A stretch of 64,000 bases of DNA from an uncultured Actinomycetes bacterium (GTDB taxonomy: Bacteria > Actinomycetota > Thermoleophilia > Gaiellales > Gaiellaceae), in NCBI GenBank assembly GCA_963712915.1, contig CAVQJQ010000005.1, forward strand, positions 178,859 through 242,858, given 5' to 3'. Positions 54,010 to 63,610 of the stretch are shown one piece after another (within the stretch, counting starts at the first letter, position 1; the number at the start of each line of letters is the position of its first letter). A model generated the notes under the pieces. The model did no database searches and was not told the origin of the DNA. It saw only the letters and a program-made list of their open reading frames with translations. Both the position numbers and the translations under genes were made by a program.

Positions 54010-56895
54010 ATGGCAGCGACCGAGCCGACCGGGCTGAATGCGGCGTACGTCGCCCAGCTGCTCGAGGACTACCTCGACAGCCCGGCGAGCGTCCCGGACG
54101 AGTGGCGCCGGGTCTTCGAGGCGGATCAGGGGAACGGCACGGACGCTGCCGTAGCGCCTGCGGCAGCCGACGCGCCTGCTCCGCCCGAGCCCGCCGCGAA
54201 TGCGGTCGCTGCCCCGGCGGCGCCGCCTGCAGCCGCTGCGGCGTCGGTCGCGGCCGACGGTCCCACGAGGGTCGCCGACGGGAGCCGGGCGGTCGACACG
54301 GAGCTGCTCGCCGGGGTCGCCGCCGCGATGGCGCTCGTGAAGGCATATCGCATGCACGGTCATCTCGCGGCGCGGCTCGACCCGCTCGGATCCGAGCCGA
54401 TGGGCGATCCGGCGCTCGACGAGACCCGATTGCACCCACCGCTGACGCCCGAGCTGCAGGCGAGGATCCCGGCGCGCCTCCTGCGCCTCTCGGTGCCCGG
54501 CGACACCCTGCTCGAGGCGTTGCCGCGGCTGCGCGAGGTCTACACCGGCTCCAGCGCCTACGAGATCGAGCACATCTCCGACCACGCCGAGCGCGTCTGG
54601 CTGCGCAAGGCGATCGAGTCGGGCCGCTTCCGCACCGACCTGCCACCGGAGGAGCGGGCCGCACTCCTGCGCCGGTTGACCGAGGTGGAGGGGTTCGAGC
54701 GGTACCTGCGCCGCTCGTTCCTCGGCCAGAAGCAGTTCTCGCTCGAAGGTCTCGACGTGCTCGTACCGATGCTCGACGAGGCGATCGAGCTGGCGTCGGC
54801 GGGCGGCGCGCACGAGGTCGTGATCGGGATGGCGCACCGGGGCCGGCTCAATGCCCTCGTCCACACCGTCGGCCGCTCGTACGAGTCGGTGCTGCGCGAG
54901 TTCGAGGGGGAGCGCTCCTACGACGCGCTCGTGATCGACCCGGAGGGCGGCAGCGGCGACGTGAAGTACCACCTGCCGGCCTCGGGCACGCGGATCACCG
55001 CCGGTGGCGAGATCGAGGTGACGATCTCGCCGAACCCGAGCCATCTGGAGGCGGTGGATCCGGTGGTCGAGGGATGGGCCCGGGCCGAGCAGACCGATCG
55101 CACGTCGGGCTCCGGCCTCCACGATCCGGCGGTCGCGCTGCCGATCCTCATCCACGGCGACGCCGCGTTCGCCGGCCAGGGGGTGGTCGCCGAGACCTTG
55201 AATCTGCAGAGCCTCGCGGGCTACACGACGGGCGGCACGCTGCACCTGATCACGAACAACCAGGTCGGCTTCACCACCGACCCGGAGGAGGGCCGCTCGA
55301 CGCGCTACTCGAGCGACCTCGCGAAGGGTTTCGACGTCCCGATCGTCCACGTCAACGCCGACGACCCGGAGGCGGCGCTGAGCGCCGTGCGTCTCGCGCT
55401 CGCGTACCGCGAGGAATTCGGCCACGACTTCGTGGTCGACATCGTGGGTTACCGGCGTTTCGGCCATCAGGAGCAGGACGAGGCCGCGTACACTCAGCCG
55501 CTCCAGGCGGAGCGGATCGAGTCGCAGCCGTCCGTGCGGGAGAGGTACGCGGCGCGGCTCGTCGAGGACGGCGTCCTCGACCGGCGCGAGGTGGACGGGG
55601 TGGCGGACGAGGTCGACGCGGCGCTCCGCGCGGCGCACGAGGCGCTGCGAAGCTCGATCGCAGAGCCGCCCGTGCCTCGACCATCCCGATCCGGGCCCGA
55701 GCTCCGGTACCGGCGACATGGTCGAGACGGCGGTCGATGCCGCGCGGCTGCGAGGGCTCAACGACGAGCTCCTCCGGGTCCCGGAGAGATTCACGGTCAA
55801 CCCGAAGCTCGCGCGCCAGCTCGAGCGGCGCCGCGAGACGATCGAGCAGGGCGGGATCGACTGGGGGCAGGCCGAGGCGCTGGCGTTCGCATCGTTGCTC
55901 GAGGACGGGATCCCGATCCGCCTGACGGGGCAGGACACCGAGCGGGGCACGTTCTCGCACCGGCACCTCGTGCTCCACGATCCACGCACGGACGAGACCG
56001 TCGCGCCCATCCAACACCTCTCCGGGGCGTCCGCCTCGTTCGAGGTCTACAACTCGCCGCTCTCGGAGTACGCCGCGCTCGGCTTCGAGTACGGGTACTC
56101 GGTCTCCGCGCCCGAGGCGCTCGTCCTCTGGGAGGCGCAGTTCGGCGACTTCGTCAACGGCGCGCAGATCGTGATCGACCAGTTCGTCGTCGCGGGCCGC
56201 TCGAAGTGGAAGCAGACGTCGCGCCTGACGCTGCTGCTTCCCCACGGCTACGAGGGCAACGGCCCCGAGCACTCGAGCGCCCGCCTGGAGCGGTTCCTGC
56301 AGCTCGGCGCGCAGGACAACATCCGGGTCGCGAACTGCACGACCGCTGCGCAGTACTTCCACCTGCTCCGCCGTCAGGCGCTCGACGCGGTCGCCCGGCC
56401 GCTCGTGCTGATGACGCCCAAGGGGCTGCTGCGGCTGCGGCAGGCGGCGTCGACGCTCGACGAGCTGGCCGGCGGTCGGTTCCACCCGGTGCTCGACGAC
56501 CCCGTCGCCGACCGCGAGGCGGTCGAGCGCCTCGTCCTCTGCTCGGGGAAGATCTACTACGACATCGTCGGCCACGACCGGCGGGGCGACGCACGGACGG
56601 TGGCGGTCGCGCGCATCGAGCAGCTCTACCCGTTCCCCTCGGACGCGGTCGCCGAGCTCCTGCGCTCTTACCCGCGGGTGCACGATGTGATCTGGGCGCA
56701 GGAGGAGCCGCAGAACATGGGTCCGTGGCGCTCGATCCGTCACCGTCTCGAGGAGACCGTGCGCGAGACGTCGTCGGGTGGGCTCCGCTACGTCGGGCCG
56801 CACCTGGAAGGCGAGCCCGAGCGAGGGCTATCCCGACGGCGCACCAGCGCGAGCAGGACCGGATCGCGCGCCTCGCCCTCGGCGACGACGCGTAG
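54010..56895 (+). pseudogene. sucA: 2-oxoglutarate dehydrogenase E1 component, with three +1 frame breaks (about 55680-55715, 56797 and 56835; possible sequencing errors)
   Basis: Frame A carries MAATEPTGLNAAYVAQLLEDYL...AYRMHGHLAARLDPLG...GMAHRGRLNAL...HGDAAFAGQGVV...HVNADDPEA. Frame B (ORF 55718) carries VPERFTVNPKL...RLTGQDTERGTFSHRH...LWEAQFGDFVNGAQ...LLLPHGYEGNGPEHSS...WAQEEPQNMGPW...LRYVG. A third frame carries RTWKASPSEGYP. It returns to frame A with TAHQREQDRIARLALGDDA*. Compare the E. coli C-terminus YAGRPASASPAVGYMSVHQKQQ as I remember it. Confidence 0.85.
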
Positions 56896-56899
56896 ACGC

Positions 56900-57082
56900 C
56901 TAGCGGGGCCGGAACCGCCTGCGTGCCTGCGCGGTCGCGGCCGCGGCGGCTCCCGCAGCGATGCGCGGGCCGTGTGCTCTGGCGAGACCGAGCACCACGC
57001 GCCGCTGCGACGGAGTCAGTCGGGCCCAGACCCGGAAGAGGAGGAACGCCACGGCGACGGGGCTACGCGAGATCTTCGGCAT
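56900..57082 (-). CDS. Hypothetical 60-aa protein (weak call)
   Basis: ORF with mostly high GC3 and one hydrophobic stretch (VAVAFLLFRVWA). No clear Shine-Dalgarno sequence and no homology recognised. Confidence 0.3.
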   Translation of the reverse strand: MPKISRSPVAVAFLLFRVWARLTPSQRRVVLGLARAHGPRIAAGAAAAATAQARRRFRPR

Positions 57083-57225
57083 GCCACGAATCCAAGCACA
57101 CGCCGCGTTCGGTCACCCGCGGCGGATACGACTCGACGCGGCGGGAGCCCTGGCTACACTGGGCCGTGGTGAACGACCGTCTTGCCTTGTGGCACGGCGC
57201 GGCACAGAGCGAGCACGGAGAACGC

Positions 57226-57579
57226 ATGGCGACCGACACGAGCATTCCGGACAACCCATTCACGGACGAGCCGGCCGGCGACGACGACGGGATCTCGTCG
57301 CTCTCGCGGGCGATCCAGGAGCACCTCGACCTCAAGCAGCGCAACGCGGAGCTGGACTCGGCGATGCCGCTCGACCGGTACTCGGTGGAGGATCCGTTCG
57401 AGAACCATCCACTGTTCAAGTCCGAGGAGCAGGCGCGTCTCGAGGAGACGCTCGACGGTGTCGAGGCACCGGAGCCCGCCCCGGCGCTCCCCTGGCCCGG
57501 GGAGGACGACACAGCCGAGGGCGCCGCGCTCGACGAGGGTCTCTGGGGGCGCTCCCGCGACTTCGACTGGGGCGACTAG
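57226..57579 (+). CDS. Acidic hypothetical protein (117 aa)
   Basis: GGAGAA before ATG 57226. MATDTSIPDNPFTDEPAGDDDGISSLSRAIQEHLDLKQRNAELD... High GC3. The upstream 100 codons of the tracked ORF were rejected. Confidence 0.55.
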   Translation: MATDTSIPDNPFTDEPAGDDDGISSLSRAIQEHLDLKQRNAELDSAMPLDRYSVEDPFENHPLFKSEEQARLEETLDGVEAPEPAPALPWPGEDDTAEGAALDEGLWGRSRDFDWGD

Positions 57580-57591
57580 GGCGCGGCGCTG

Positions 57592-59346
57592 CTAGGCGGC
57601 GCGGCGGAGGTCCGCGCCTTCGAGGGTCGTCGCGAGGCGCTTGAACGGCCCGTCGTCGGCCATCAGCTCGTCGTACTGGCCCCGCTGCGCGATGCGGCCG
57701 TGCTCGAGCACGATGATCTCGTCGGCCCGTCTGACCGTCGCGAGGCGGTGGGCGATGATCAGCGACGAGCGACCGCGTAGGAGGGTGTCGAACGCGCGCT
57801 CGATCAGCACCTCGCTGGGCCGGTCGATGTTCGAGGTCGCTTCGTCCAGGATGAGGATCCTGGGGTCGGCGACGAGGGCGCGCGCGATCGAGATCAGCTG
57901 CCGCTCGCCGGCCGAGAGCCCCGCACCCCCCTCTCGCACGACGTGCTGGAGCCCGCCCTCGAACCGTGCCGCGATGCGGTCGACCCCGATCGCCTTCGCC
58001 GCGGCCAGGAGCTCGGCGTCGGTCGACTCCGGGCGCGCGAAGCGCAGGTTGTCCGCGATCGTGCCGCTGAACAGGAACGGGTCCTGGAGCACGACACCGA
58101 GCTGCCGCCGGTACGAGCGGAGCTTCACGTCCCTCAGGTCGACGCCGTCGACGCGCACCGCGCCCGCATCCGGGTCGTAGAAGCGAGCGACGAGCTTCGC
58201 CGTGGTCGACTTGCCGCCGCCCGACTCGCCGACGAGCGCGATGCAGCCGCCGGCTGGGATCTCGAGCGCAAGCCCGTGGAGCACGGGCTCGTCGCCGTAG
58301 GCGAACACGACACGATCGAGCTCGAGCCGTCCCTCCACCCGCCCGAGATCGCGGGCGCCGCGCCTGTCGGTGACGTCCTGCGCCGCGTCGAGCACGGTCG
58401 AGATCTTCCCCATCGCTGCGCTCGCCGCCTGCACCTGGCCGTACAGCTCCGAGAGCTCCTGCAGCGGCTGGAAGACGAGCGAGAGGAGCCCGGCGGCCGC
58501 GATCAGGGTGCCGATCTCCAGGGAGCCGGCGTCGATCAGCCTCGCGCCGGCATAGAGCACGGCGACCTGCGCGACGACCCCGAGGAGCTCGATCGCGGGA
58601 AAGAACACCGAGGAGAGCTTCTGCGCGTGGACGTTCGCCACGCGGTTCGCCTCGTTGAGGCCCTCGAACTCCCGCTGGAAGGCGCGCTCGCGGGTGAACG
58701 CCTGCACGACGGCCATGCCCGCGACGGACTCGGCGAGCTGCGCGGTCACGGCGGCGATGCGCGTGCGCACGTCCGAGAACGCGGCATGCGAGCGACGCTG
58801 GAACCAGCGGGTGACGACGATGCCCGGTGGGAGCACGAGCAGTGCGACGAGCCCGAGCCGCCAGTCGAGGAGGAACAGCCCGCACACCGCCGCGACGAGC
58901 GTCAGCGAGTTCACGACGAGCGTCGTCAGCCCCTGGTTGAGCACGTCGGAGAGCGCGTCGACGTCGCTCGTGAGGCGCGCGATGATCCAGCCCGCCTTCT
59001 GCTCGGAGAAATAGCGCAGCGACAGCGACGTGAGGTGCTCGAACAGGTCGCGCCGCAGGTCGAGCACCATCCGCTGCCCCATTCCCGCGAGCAGCAGCCA
59101 GGTCGCCGTGCCGAGGAGCCACGCGAGCGCACCGATCAGGACGTAGAGGACGACGTCCCGGACGAGCCGTGCGTCGTCCGCCGCGCGAATGCCGTTGTCG
59201 ATCGCGTCCCCGACGAGGTGCCAGCCGGCGACGGGCGCCGCGGCCGACAGCGCCGCGAGGACGAGGATCAGCGCGACGCGCCCGCGGCGGCCCGCCGTGT
59301 AGGGGAGCAGCCGGGTGAGGCCGGTTCGGGGCCCGTGCGAGATCAT
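57592..59346 (-). CDS. ABC exporter, fused permease/ATPase (type I exporter half-transporter)
   Basis: MISHGPRTGLTRLLPY..., six-TM domain, Walker A GESGGGKST, signature LSAGERQ, Walker B ILILDEATS. ATG 59346 overlaps the upstream stop (ATGA). The 1204-aa tracked ORF is a read-through artefact. Confidence 0.9.
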   Translation of the reverse strand: MISHGPRTGLTRLLPYTAGRRGRVALILVLAALSAAAPVAGWHLVGDAIDNGIRAADDARLVRDVVLYVLIGALAWLLGTATWLLLAGMGQRMVLDLRRDLFEHLTSLSLRYFSEQKAGWIIARLTSDVDALSDVLNQGLTTLVVNSLTLVAAVCGLFLLDWRLGLVALLVLPPGIVVTRWFQRRSHAAFSDVRTRIAAVTAQLAESVAGMAVVQAFTRERAFQREFEGLNEANRVANVHAQKLSSVFFPAIELLGVVAQVAVLYAGARLIDAGSLEIGTLIAAAGLLSLVFQPLQELSELYGQVQAASAAMGKISTVLDAAQDVTDRRGARDLGRVEGRLELDRVVFAYGDEPVLHGLALEIPAGGCIALVGESGGGKSTTAKLVARFYDPDAGAVRVDGVDLRDVKLRSYRRQLGVVLQDPFLFSGTIADNLRFARPESTDAELLAAAKAIGVDRIAARFEGGLQHVVREGGAGLSAGERQLISIARALVADPRILILDEATSNIDRPSEVLIERAFDTLLRGRSSLIIAHRLATVRRADEIIVLEHGRIAQRGQYDELMADDGPFKRLATTLEGADLRRAA

Positions 59347-61100
59347 GCCGCCAGCGCCTCCTCGCCGAAGAGCTCGGCGAACGGGCCGCCCGCGCCGAGC
59401 AGCTCCTCCGGCAGGCCCTGCTCGACGATGCGCCCGTCGCGGATCACGACGGCGCGGTCGGCGACGAGCACGGTCGAGAGCCGCTGTCCCGAGATCAGGA
59501 CCGTCCGGCCGCGCACGGCCGGGCGCAGATGCTCCACGAGGTGGCGCTCGGTCTCGGTGTCGACGGCCGACATCGGGTCGTCGAGCACCAGGACCGGCGC
59601 GTTCGCGACGAGGGCACGCGCGAGCGCGACGCGCTGGCGCTGGCCGCCGGAGAGGTTCACGCCCCGCTCGCCGATCAGCGTCTCGTAGCCGTCCGGCAGG
59701 TCGTCCACGAACGCGGTCACCCCGGCTGCCTCGCAGGCGTCGAGGACCTCGGCCCAGTCGGCATCGGGCCGGCCTGCGAGAAGATTGTCGCGCAGCCGGA
59801 TCGAGAACAGGATCGGCTTCTGCGTGACGATCGCGACCGAGCGGCGCAGGTCCGCCAGTGCGACGGCGCGCGCGTCCACGCCCCCGAGCAGGACGCGCCC
59901 CCCGGTCGGGTCGTAGAAGCGGGGCACGAGGTTGAGCAGCGAGGACTTGCCCGCCCCCGTCGGGCCGCAGACCGCGACGATCTCGCCCGGCGCCGCCTCG
60001 AGGTCGACGCCCGAGAGCACCTCGCTCCCGGTCTGGTAGCGGAACCGGACGTCCTCGAATCGCACCGGCAGCGGCCCGTCGGGGAGCGCCGTCGGCTCGG
60101 CGGGCTCGGGAAGCGACTCGATCCCGTCCAGCCAGGCGAAGCTCCGCGAGGCCGCCGCCGTCGCACGCTGTCCGAGGTTGATGATCCAGCCGAGCGCCTC
60201 GAGCGGCCAGACGAGCTGGAGGAGCAGCGTCACGAACAGCGTGAACTGCCCGATCGTCAACTCGCCTGCGATCGCCTGGCGCCCGCCCACGAGCAGTACG
60301 GCCGCGATGCCGAGCGTCGGCAGGAAGATCAGCCCGGGCAGGAAGCGTGCTTCGACCGAGGCCTGGCGCATCGTCTCGCGGCGCACGGCTTCGGCGCGGC
60401 CGTGGAAGCGATCGCGGACGTCGTCCTCGCGGCCGAACGCCTGCACCATCTCGATGCCGACGACCGCCTCGTCCGATGCCTCCGTGAGGTGTCCTTTCCG
60501 CCGCTGGACCTCTCGGGAGATCGGGAACACACGGTGGGCGAAGACGTACGTGAGGATCGCGATCGGCGGCATCACGAGGGCCGCGGTCAGCGCAAGCAGA
60601 GGGTTGACGACCGTGAGCACGATCGCGGCGCCGACCAGCATCATCGTGCTCTGGATCGCCTGTACCACTCCCCAGCCGACGAAGTAGCGCACGGGGTAGA
60701 TGTCGTTCGTCGCGCGCGAGATGACCTCTCCGGTCGCGTGCCGGTCGTAGAAGGCCCTCGGGTAGCGCAGGTAGGCGTCGTAGAGCAGCGAGCGGAGGTC
60801 GGCCTCGACGGCGATCCCGACCCGGGCGGTCGCGTAGCGCCGCGTGAAGTTGACCCCGAAGCGGAGCGCGGCGATCACCACGATCGCCGCGAGGTACGGC
60901 ACGAGCAGCGAGCGGTCCGGTCCATCGATCGCGTCGTCGATCGTCCGCTGCACGAGCACCGGGATCGCGAGCGTGCAGCCGGTCACGCCGAGCGCGCACA
61001 CGAGGCCGATCGAGACCAGCCGCCGCTGGGCCCGCCAGAGCGGGTAGAGGTGGCGGATCGTCTGGGAGAACGAAAGATCGGGTGGGTCGACCGGGTTCAC
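59343..61100 (-). CDS. ABC exporter, fused permease/ATPase (partner half-transporter)
   Basis: 585 aa. TM domain, Walker A GPTGAGKSS, signature LSGGQRQR, Walker B VLVLDDPMS. GTG start after AGAGGAGA. Confidence 0.9.
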   Translation of the reverse strand: MNPVDPPDLSFSQTIRHLYPLWRAQRRLVSIGLVCALGVTGCTLAIPVLVQRTIDDAIDGPDRSLLVPYLAAIVVIAALRFGVNFTRRYATARVGIAVEADLRSLLYDAYLRYPRAFYDRHATGEVISRATNDIYPVRYFVGWGVVQAIQSTMMLVGAAIVLTVVNPLLALTAALVMPPIAILTYVFAHRVFPISREVQRRKGHLTEASDEAVVGIEMVQAFGREDDVRDRFHGRAEAVRRETMRQASVEARFLPGLIFLPTLGIAAVLLVGGRQAIAGELTIGQFTLFVTLLLQLVWPLEALGWIINLGQRATAAASRSFAWLDGIESLPEPAEPTALPDGPLPVRFEDVRFRYQTGSEVLSGVDLEAAPGEIVAVCGPTGAGKSSLLNLVPRFYDPTGGRVLLGGVDARAVALADLRRSVAIVTQKPILFSIRLRDNLLAGRPDADWAEVLDACEAAGVTAFVDDLPDGYETLIGERGVNLSGGQRQRVALARALVANAPVLVLDDPMSAVDTETERHLVEHLRPAVRGRTVLISGQRLSTVLVADRAVVIRDGRIVEQGLPEELLGAGGPFAELFGEEALAA

Positions 61101-61244
61101 GAGCGGGTCTCCTCTGCGCGGGAGCGCATGCGTCGAGGGCTCCCTGCCTGCCCTCGGTGAGCGGAAGTCCGGCGGCCGCCTGCCTCGGCCCGGACGCGTC
61201 CCACACCTATCGGGGCCGGCGCCGGGCAGGCGGTGCGGCTATCC

Positions 61245-62012
61245 CTACCCGTCGTCGAGGAAGAGCGTCTGCCCGGGCGGGAGCACGCGCACGTCGACCC
61301 CCGGGGCGCGGGCTGCGGCGGCGCGGACGAAGAGCGCCGGCGGCTCGCTGAGGTAGCGCGGGGCGGTGCGCATCCCGAGGTGCAGCGGGTGGTAGGTGCC
61401 CCAGTGGATCGGAATCGCGAGACGGGGCTCGAGCAGCGCGAGCGCCTCCGCAGCGCGCGCAGGGTCCATGTGCTTCCCGCGCCCGAGCGACGGTCCCCAG
61501 CCCCAGATCGGGACGAGGGCCAGGTCGAGCGGCCCGCCGGCGACCTGCGCCATCCCCGGGAACACGTCGGTGTCGCCGGCGAAGTAGATCCGGCTCGAGC
61601 CCTCGATGACGTAGCCGAGGGCCGGCCCGCTGACACCGAAGGGGCCGCGGCCGCCGTCGTGCTCGGCGGCCGTCGCGCGCACCGACACCGATCCGATCGT
61701 GATCGTCTCGCCGACGTCGACCTCGACCACGTGCTCGAAGCGCCTGCGGCGCAGGAGGCTGCCGCAGCCGCGGGGGAGGATCACGGGCGTCTCGCGGCCG
61801 AGCCGCTCGAGCGAAGGTAGGTCCAGATGGTCGTAGTGCGCGTGCGAGATGAGTACGGCGTCGATCCCGCGGAGCGCATCCGGTGTGACCGGGACGCGGC
61901 GGCGCAGATGGGCGACCCGGGTGCGCAGCAGTGGATCGGTGAGCAGCCGTGAGCCGTCGAGCGTCAGCCGTACCGTCGCGTGCCCGACGTAGGTGACCGA
62001 GGTCCCTGACAT
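61245..62012 (-). CDS. MBL-fold metallo-hydrolase
   Basis: VTYVGHATVRLTLDG...DAVLISHAHYDHLD (HxHxDH)...YFAGDT...IPIHWGTY. Confidence 0.85.
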   Translation of the reverse strand: MSGTSVTYVGHATVRLTLDGSRLLTDPLLRTRVAHLRRRVPVTPDALRGIDAVLISHAHYDHLDLPSLERLGRETPVILPRGCGSLLRRRRFEHVVEVDVGETITIGSVSVRATAAEHDGGRGPFGVSGPALGYVIEGSSRIYFAGDTDVFPGMAQVAGGPLDLALVPIWGWGPSLGRGKHMDPARAAEALALLEPRLAIPIHWGTYHPLHLGMRTAPRYLSEPPALFVRAAAARAPGVDVRVLPPGQTLFLDDG

Positions 62013-62087
62013 CGCGAATAGCCAACACGAAGGAGCGCGCTCGAGCCAGCTCGGCCGTCATTCGTCACGGTGACGGCGTCCTGGCAC

Positions 62088-62116
62088 TTGACAGACATCA
62101 AATTGATGTCATACTG
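62088..62116 (+). promoter_or_regulatory. Promoter with a perfect 8-1-8 palindromic operator filling the -35/-10 spacer; predicted leaderless transcript
   Basis: TTGACA (62088-62093). GACATCAA-A-TTGATGTC (62094-62110). -10 CATACT (62110-62115). ATG at 62123 is about 7 nt downstream, with no Shine-Dalgarno sequence. It is an AT-rich island. Confidence 0.65.
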
Positions 62117-62122
62117 ACGCGC

Positions 62123-62575
62123 ATGGAGATCCACGTCGATGCCATCGGTCGCGACCTCGTCGCGACCGCCTCGGTGCTGGGGGACGACTCGCTCGTCGAG
62201 ACGCTCCGCCGTCTCGTCGCCGCGTCCGAGCCGGCGCTGCGGCTGCGTCTGATCGACGTGCTCTCGGAGGCGGCGGTGTCGCTCAACGGCCAGCTCGGCT
62301 CGGGCCACGTCGAGGTGCGGCTCGCGGGTCGCGACCCGGAGCTCGTCTACGTTGCCGAGCCCGACATGCCTGAGGATCCGCCCGCGCCCGGGGACGACCT
62401 CAGCGCGCGGATCACGTTGCGGTTGCCCGAGGCGCTGAAGGCGCGCGTCGAGTCGACCGCGGCGCGCGAGGGCGTCTCCGCGAACGCGTGGGTCGTCCGG
62501 GCGCTCGCCCGCGCGCTCGAGCCGCGTGCCGCGCACCGGACGGGCCACCGGCTCCAGGGCTTCGCCCGCAGCTGA
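62123..62575 (+). CDS. Ribbon-helix-helix (Arc/HicB-antitoxin-like C-terminus) DNA-binding protein
   Basis: 150 aa. C-terminal RHH RITLRLPEALKARVESTAAREGVSANAWVVRALARAL. The helical N-terminal domain resembles the actinobacterial proteins that precede DUF4097 genes (from memory). Confidence 0.75.
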   Translation: MEIHVDAIGRDLVATASVLGDDSLVETLRRLVAASEPALRLRLIDVLSEAAVSLNGQLGSGHVEVRLAGRDPELVYVAEPDMPEDPPAPGDDLSARITLRLPEALKARVESTAAREGVSANAWVVRALARALEPRAAHRTGHRLQGFARS

Positions 62576-62730
62576 GACCACAGGAAAGGAGACTCACATG
62601 CTCTCGTTCTCGACCATCTCGTACGCGCTGTTCGATCCCCGTGATCCGGAGGACGCGGAGCGGCGGCGCCCGCCCCGCCTCGCCGATATCCGCGGAGACG
62701 TACGACCCTTCTACCCTCCCCGGGTTCGTC

Positions 62731-63567
62731 GTGGCTGAACCGGCGCTCCACACCTTCGACGCGCCCGGGCACGTCGCGCTCCGAGTCGAGATTCCCGCCG
62801 GCGCGCTGACCGTGGAGACGTGGACCGAGCCGCTGGTCGAGGTCGTGGTCGCGCCCGGCCGCAGCGACGACCGGTCGATCCGCGCCGCGGCAGAGACAGA
62901 AGTCACCTGCGCCGAGCGCGTGGGACGGCAGGAGGTCGTGGTGTCCGTCCCGAAGCGCGAGGGGCGGCTGCCGATGGGCTTCGGCCGGTCGCCGAGGCTG
63001 AGGGTCTCGATCCGGTGCCCCGAGGGCGCCGATCTCGAGCTCACGACCCACGGCGCGGATCTCGAGGCGCGGGGGACGCTCGGCGCGGTCTCCGCGAGGT
63101 CCGCGTCGGGCGACGCCGCCCTCGAGGACGTGGGGTCACTCGTGCTCGCGACTGCGAGCGGCGACCTCACGGCGGGTGTCGTGTCGCGAGCGCTCAACGT
63201 GAAGTCCGCCTCCGGAGACGTGGCGGTGCGCTCGGTCGGGGACACCGGCTCGGTCAACACCGTCTCGGGCGACGTGCGGCTGGGCCGGCTCGCCGGCCCG
63301 GCGAAGATCCAGACGGTCTCCGGCGACGTCGAGGTCGAGGAGGCCGCGGCGAGCGTGGTCGTGGGCTCCGTCTCCGGGGACGTCGAGGTCGCAGCGGCTC
63401 CGGGTCTCGTGCTGAAGATCGACGCGCAGTCCGTGAGCGGGTCGCTGAGCTCGGAGCTCGATGTCGGTGAGGAGCCGGCGGCCGGGGACGAGACCGTCGT
63501 CGATCTCCGCGTGCGCACGGTCTCGGGCGACGTCCGTGTGGCGCGCAGCCGCGTGTCCGCGCCCTGA
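62731..63567 (+). CDS. DUF4097-like beta-strand-repeat (putative adhesin/beta-helix) protein; the 5' end is ambiguous (may start at ATG 62598 with a frame break)
   Basis: HTFDAPGHVALRVEIPAGALTVETW..., then repeated SGD-V/L units (SASGDAAL, TASGDLTA, SASGDVAV, VSGDVRL, VSGDVEV, VSGDVEV, VSGSLSS, VSGDVRV). GTG 62731 is in frame. Confidence 0.7.
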   Translation: MAEPALHTFDAPGHVALRVEIPAGALTVETWTEPLVEVVVAPGRSDDRSIRAAAETEVTCAERVGRQEVVVSVPKREGRLPMGFGRSPRLRVSIRCPEGADLELTTHGADLEARGTLGAVSARSASGDAALEDVGSLVLATASGDLTAGVVSRALNVKSASGDVAVRSVGDTGSVNTVSGDVRLGRLAGPAKIQTVSGDVEVEEAAASVVVGSVSGDVEVAAAPGLVLKIDAQSVSGSLSSELDVGEEPAAGDETVVDLRVRTVSGDVRVARSRVSAP

Positions 63568-63610
63568 GCGGCCGAGGTCTGGGGCCGAGGGCGAGGCGCG
63601 GCCCGGGCGG

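Noticed and set aside
57592-61206. Single 1204-aa minus-strand ORF covering both ABC exporter genes
   Set aside because: The N-terminal ~620 residues are Arg/Pro-rich junk in the wrong frame of the upstream exporter gene. The real genes are 59343..61100 and 57592..59346, joined by an ATGA overlap.
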